From Lama glama (taxonomy: Eukaryota): a stretch of DNA of 64,000 nucleotides. Below, one piece after another: positions 61,761 to 64,000 of the stretch (its first letter is position 1; the number at the start of each line of letters is the position of its first letter). The notes beneath the pieces are model-generated. The model was not told where the DNA came from. It did not search any database and saw only the letters and a program-made list of their open reading frames with translations. Both the position numbers and the translations under genes were made by a program. The DNA is taken from assembly GCA_028534125.1 (NCBI GenBank), contig CM052816.1:13084001-13148000 (forward strand), given 5' to 3'.

Positions 61761-62299
61761 CCTTAATAACTGCTGGAGTATGTTCATTTTAGTTAGATAT
61801 CTGATGATGTCTTCCTTGTCTGACTTCAAATTCTTGAGTCAGAATATTGTGATTCTTGCATCAGAATCAAGAGCTCAGAATTCCTGAATCATGTGATTCT
61901 TACCACATGTTTGACACTTAACTTTAACTGACTCATATTTTTGTTAACATCCATGTATGTGTGTATGTGCGCGCATGTATTGATCTCTCCAACTAGATTA
62001 AAAGCAGCTCCAAAGGCTGAAGGAATGAACTTCTTCTTGATATCACCCACTCCACAGTGCCCAGTACCTGGAAAGGGAAGAAAATGTAGACCTGAGGGAA
62101 TTTCAAATGAGGGCACTGGTAAGAAGAGAACTGTGAGAATCTGGAGAGTTACAGGTCCAAACCGACACACTGACCACAGAAGAAGTAAGACTCCCAGAGA
62201 AGGCAGGAATGAGCTCTAAGGCAAACCCAGATTGCTTTCCCCCATTGCCTAGAGTAGAGGTAGTTCTTAGTTTTTCATAAGCTTGCCCTGCCCGCCTTC

Positions 62300-63335
62300 C
62301 CAGCTTTATCCTACACTATTCTTTCCCTTGTTCTTTTCATCCTACTACCCTGGGCTTCTAGCTGTGGTTCCAATATATGCCCAGTTAGCTTTTGCTTGGA
62401 GCCTATTCCTGGAAGATCCTTCCCCTTGATTGTCACGGTCCTAACTCCTTCTTGTCATTCAGACCTAGGGCAGGTTAGATTTTCCAAAAATGGCCACGCC
62501 ATTGTCTGTCCTGCAGTGTGAGGTTACCACTCACTCCTCCATCAGGAGGTGGGGTCTCTGTTGCTCCCTGATGAAAGTAGGGGATCTTTGTAATCATTTT
62601 AACCAACAGAAGTGACACTATGTGGCTTCCAAGGCTGGGTCACAAGAAATAATTGAGCCTCCACCTGGCTCAGTCTGTCTCTCGGGACACTCACCCTGGG
62701 AACCCAGCCACCATGTTGTGAGGAGACCAGGTCACGGGGAGAGGCCCCATGGAGGTGTCCAGACCAGCAGTCCCAGTTAAGCACTAAGCCAACAGCCAGT
62801 GTCAACCACCAAACATGTGACTGAGCCAATCCTGAAATGGTTCCAAGCCCCAGACTCCAAGTTCTCCAGCTCAGCTCCAGACATTATAAGGCAGAGACAG
62901 GCTGTCTCCACTCTGCCTTCTGAGGATTTCTGTCCCAGAGAATCCATGAGCATAATAAGCTGTTGTTTTAAGCCCCCAAGTTCATTGCTAACTCAGTGTG
63001 CAGCCATAATAACTGAAATAAGACCTCAGTTTAAATGACCTCAGAGAAGTCTTCCCTGACCACCCAATCTTAAGTGGTGACCCATTTGTCTGATCCCCTT
63101 ATTTAGTAAAATTAAATGATGAAATGATGCGTGGCACTCTGTTAGTTTCCTTGTTTGTTTGGTTGACTTGCTTGTTGTCTGCCTCCCTGTACTAGAAAGT
63201 AAACTCCATGTGCACAAGGACCCTGTCTGTCTGTCTAGTCCACTTCAAAGTCCTCAACACCCACAACAGTGGCAGGTGATCAACATGTATTTGCTAAATT
63301 AATAAATGAATGAATGAATGAGTGAATGAATGAAG
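62300..63335 (+). mobile_element. L2 3' portion split by an LTR, ending in (GAAT)n
   Basis: 'cctattcctggaagatccttccc...ctccttcttgtcattc' | LTR | 'tcagtttaaatgacctcagagaagtcttccctgaccaccc...tgaatgaatg'. Confidence 0.8.
62466..63020 (+). mobile_element. MaLR solo LTR (MLT1G/H-like) with 5-bp TSD
   Basis: 'aaaatggccac...tttaaccaacagaagtgacact...gaacccagccaccatgttgtgagg...ccagacattataaggcagagac...tgttgttttaagcc...gcagccataataactgaaata'; flanked by AGACC at 62461-62465 and 63021-63025. Confidence 0.85.
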
Positions 63336-63450
63336 TATTCCTAGGCAATTAGAGTCTTTTATTAGACTTTATTTTTTTGCTACTTGATCTAACAAACTTT
63401 TACTGAGAACTTCCTCTGTTCTTAGGGAAAGTGTTATAATTTCCTATCCT

Positions 63451-63607
63451 GGGGCAGCGAGGGTATAGCTCAGTGGTAGAGTGTGCTCTTAACATGCACA
63501 ATGTCCTGAGTTCAAGCCCCGATATCCCCATTAAAATAAATAAATCTCATTACCCCCATAAACAAAAAATAAACAAAAATTTTAAAGTATCAATCTTTAA
63601 AAAAAAA
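63451..63607 (+). mobile_element. tRNA-derived SINE, camelid Vic-1-like
   Basis: A box 'tagctcagtggtagag', B box 'gagttcaagccc', tail 'aaaataaataaatctcattaccccc' plus A-rich end; TSD-like tcctatcct / tcctattct. Confidence 0.85.
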
Positions 63608-64000
63608 ATCCTATTCTGTGGCTGTAAGTACACTTCAAAAAGAAAGTTAATGCAAATAGAAGTAAAAATAAGTAATAAACAGGCGATAAATATAATGAGA
63701 TTTTTTTTAATTGGGCTTAGAAATGACAGAGGTAGGGGAAATAAAAGGAAGTTAAGACTAACTCTCTGAACATTGAAAAATATTTAAGAGACGTTATCAA
63801 AGAAAGTGATAGTTTTCAGTCACTGCAAAACGGAACTCTACCATTGAGAAATGATTTGTAATTTCTTAAAAATAGTATAATTCTTATCATTTATTCAGAG
63901 AATACCATCATGTTGGTCAGAGAATGTATCAGATGATATGGGAGAAGCCAGCTCTTTGAAGTCTGATTCTTTATGTTAAACCAAACCTTTCCCCTCTCTC

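Noticed and set aside
63451..63530. tRNA gene (also 15450-15525)
   Set aside because: Imperfect stems, followed by SINE body, A-rich tail and TSD, so SINE heads.
1..64000. CRISPR arrays, operons, phage or defence systems
   Set aside because: Sequence is mammalian; no repeat-spacer arrays or gene-dense coding regions seen.

Overview
Mammalian nuclear DNA, most likely camelid (camel/llama/alpaca), inferred from two tRNA-derived SINEs resembling Vic-1. It is repeat-rich non-coding sequence (L1, L2, MIR, MaLR/ERVL LTRs, hAT MITEs, microsatellites) with one CpG island at ~27.95-28.6 kb. I recognise no known protein-coding gene, true tRNA/rRNA, CRISPR array or other prokaryotic system, and found no clear novel system. 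The ORF-track peptides I can identify are decayed L1 ORF2 pieces or low-complexity/GC-bias artefacts. Best-supported oddities: a local inverted templated duplication (18.1/19.1 kb), a twin-primed 5'-inverted L1 (45.3-47.6 kb), a poly(A)-only insertion with a perfect 17-bp TSD (50.2 kb), a near-perfect RFX X-box (22.7 kb) and an AG|GTGAGT recursive-splice-like site (24.16 kb). There are also speculative minus-strand exon-like blocks at 32-57 kb. Repeat names and boundaries were called by eye and are approximate.
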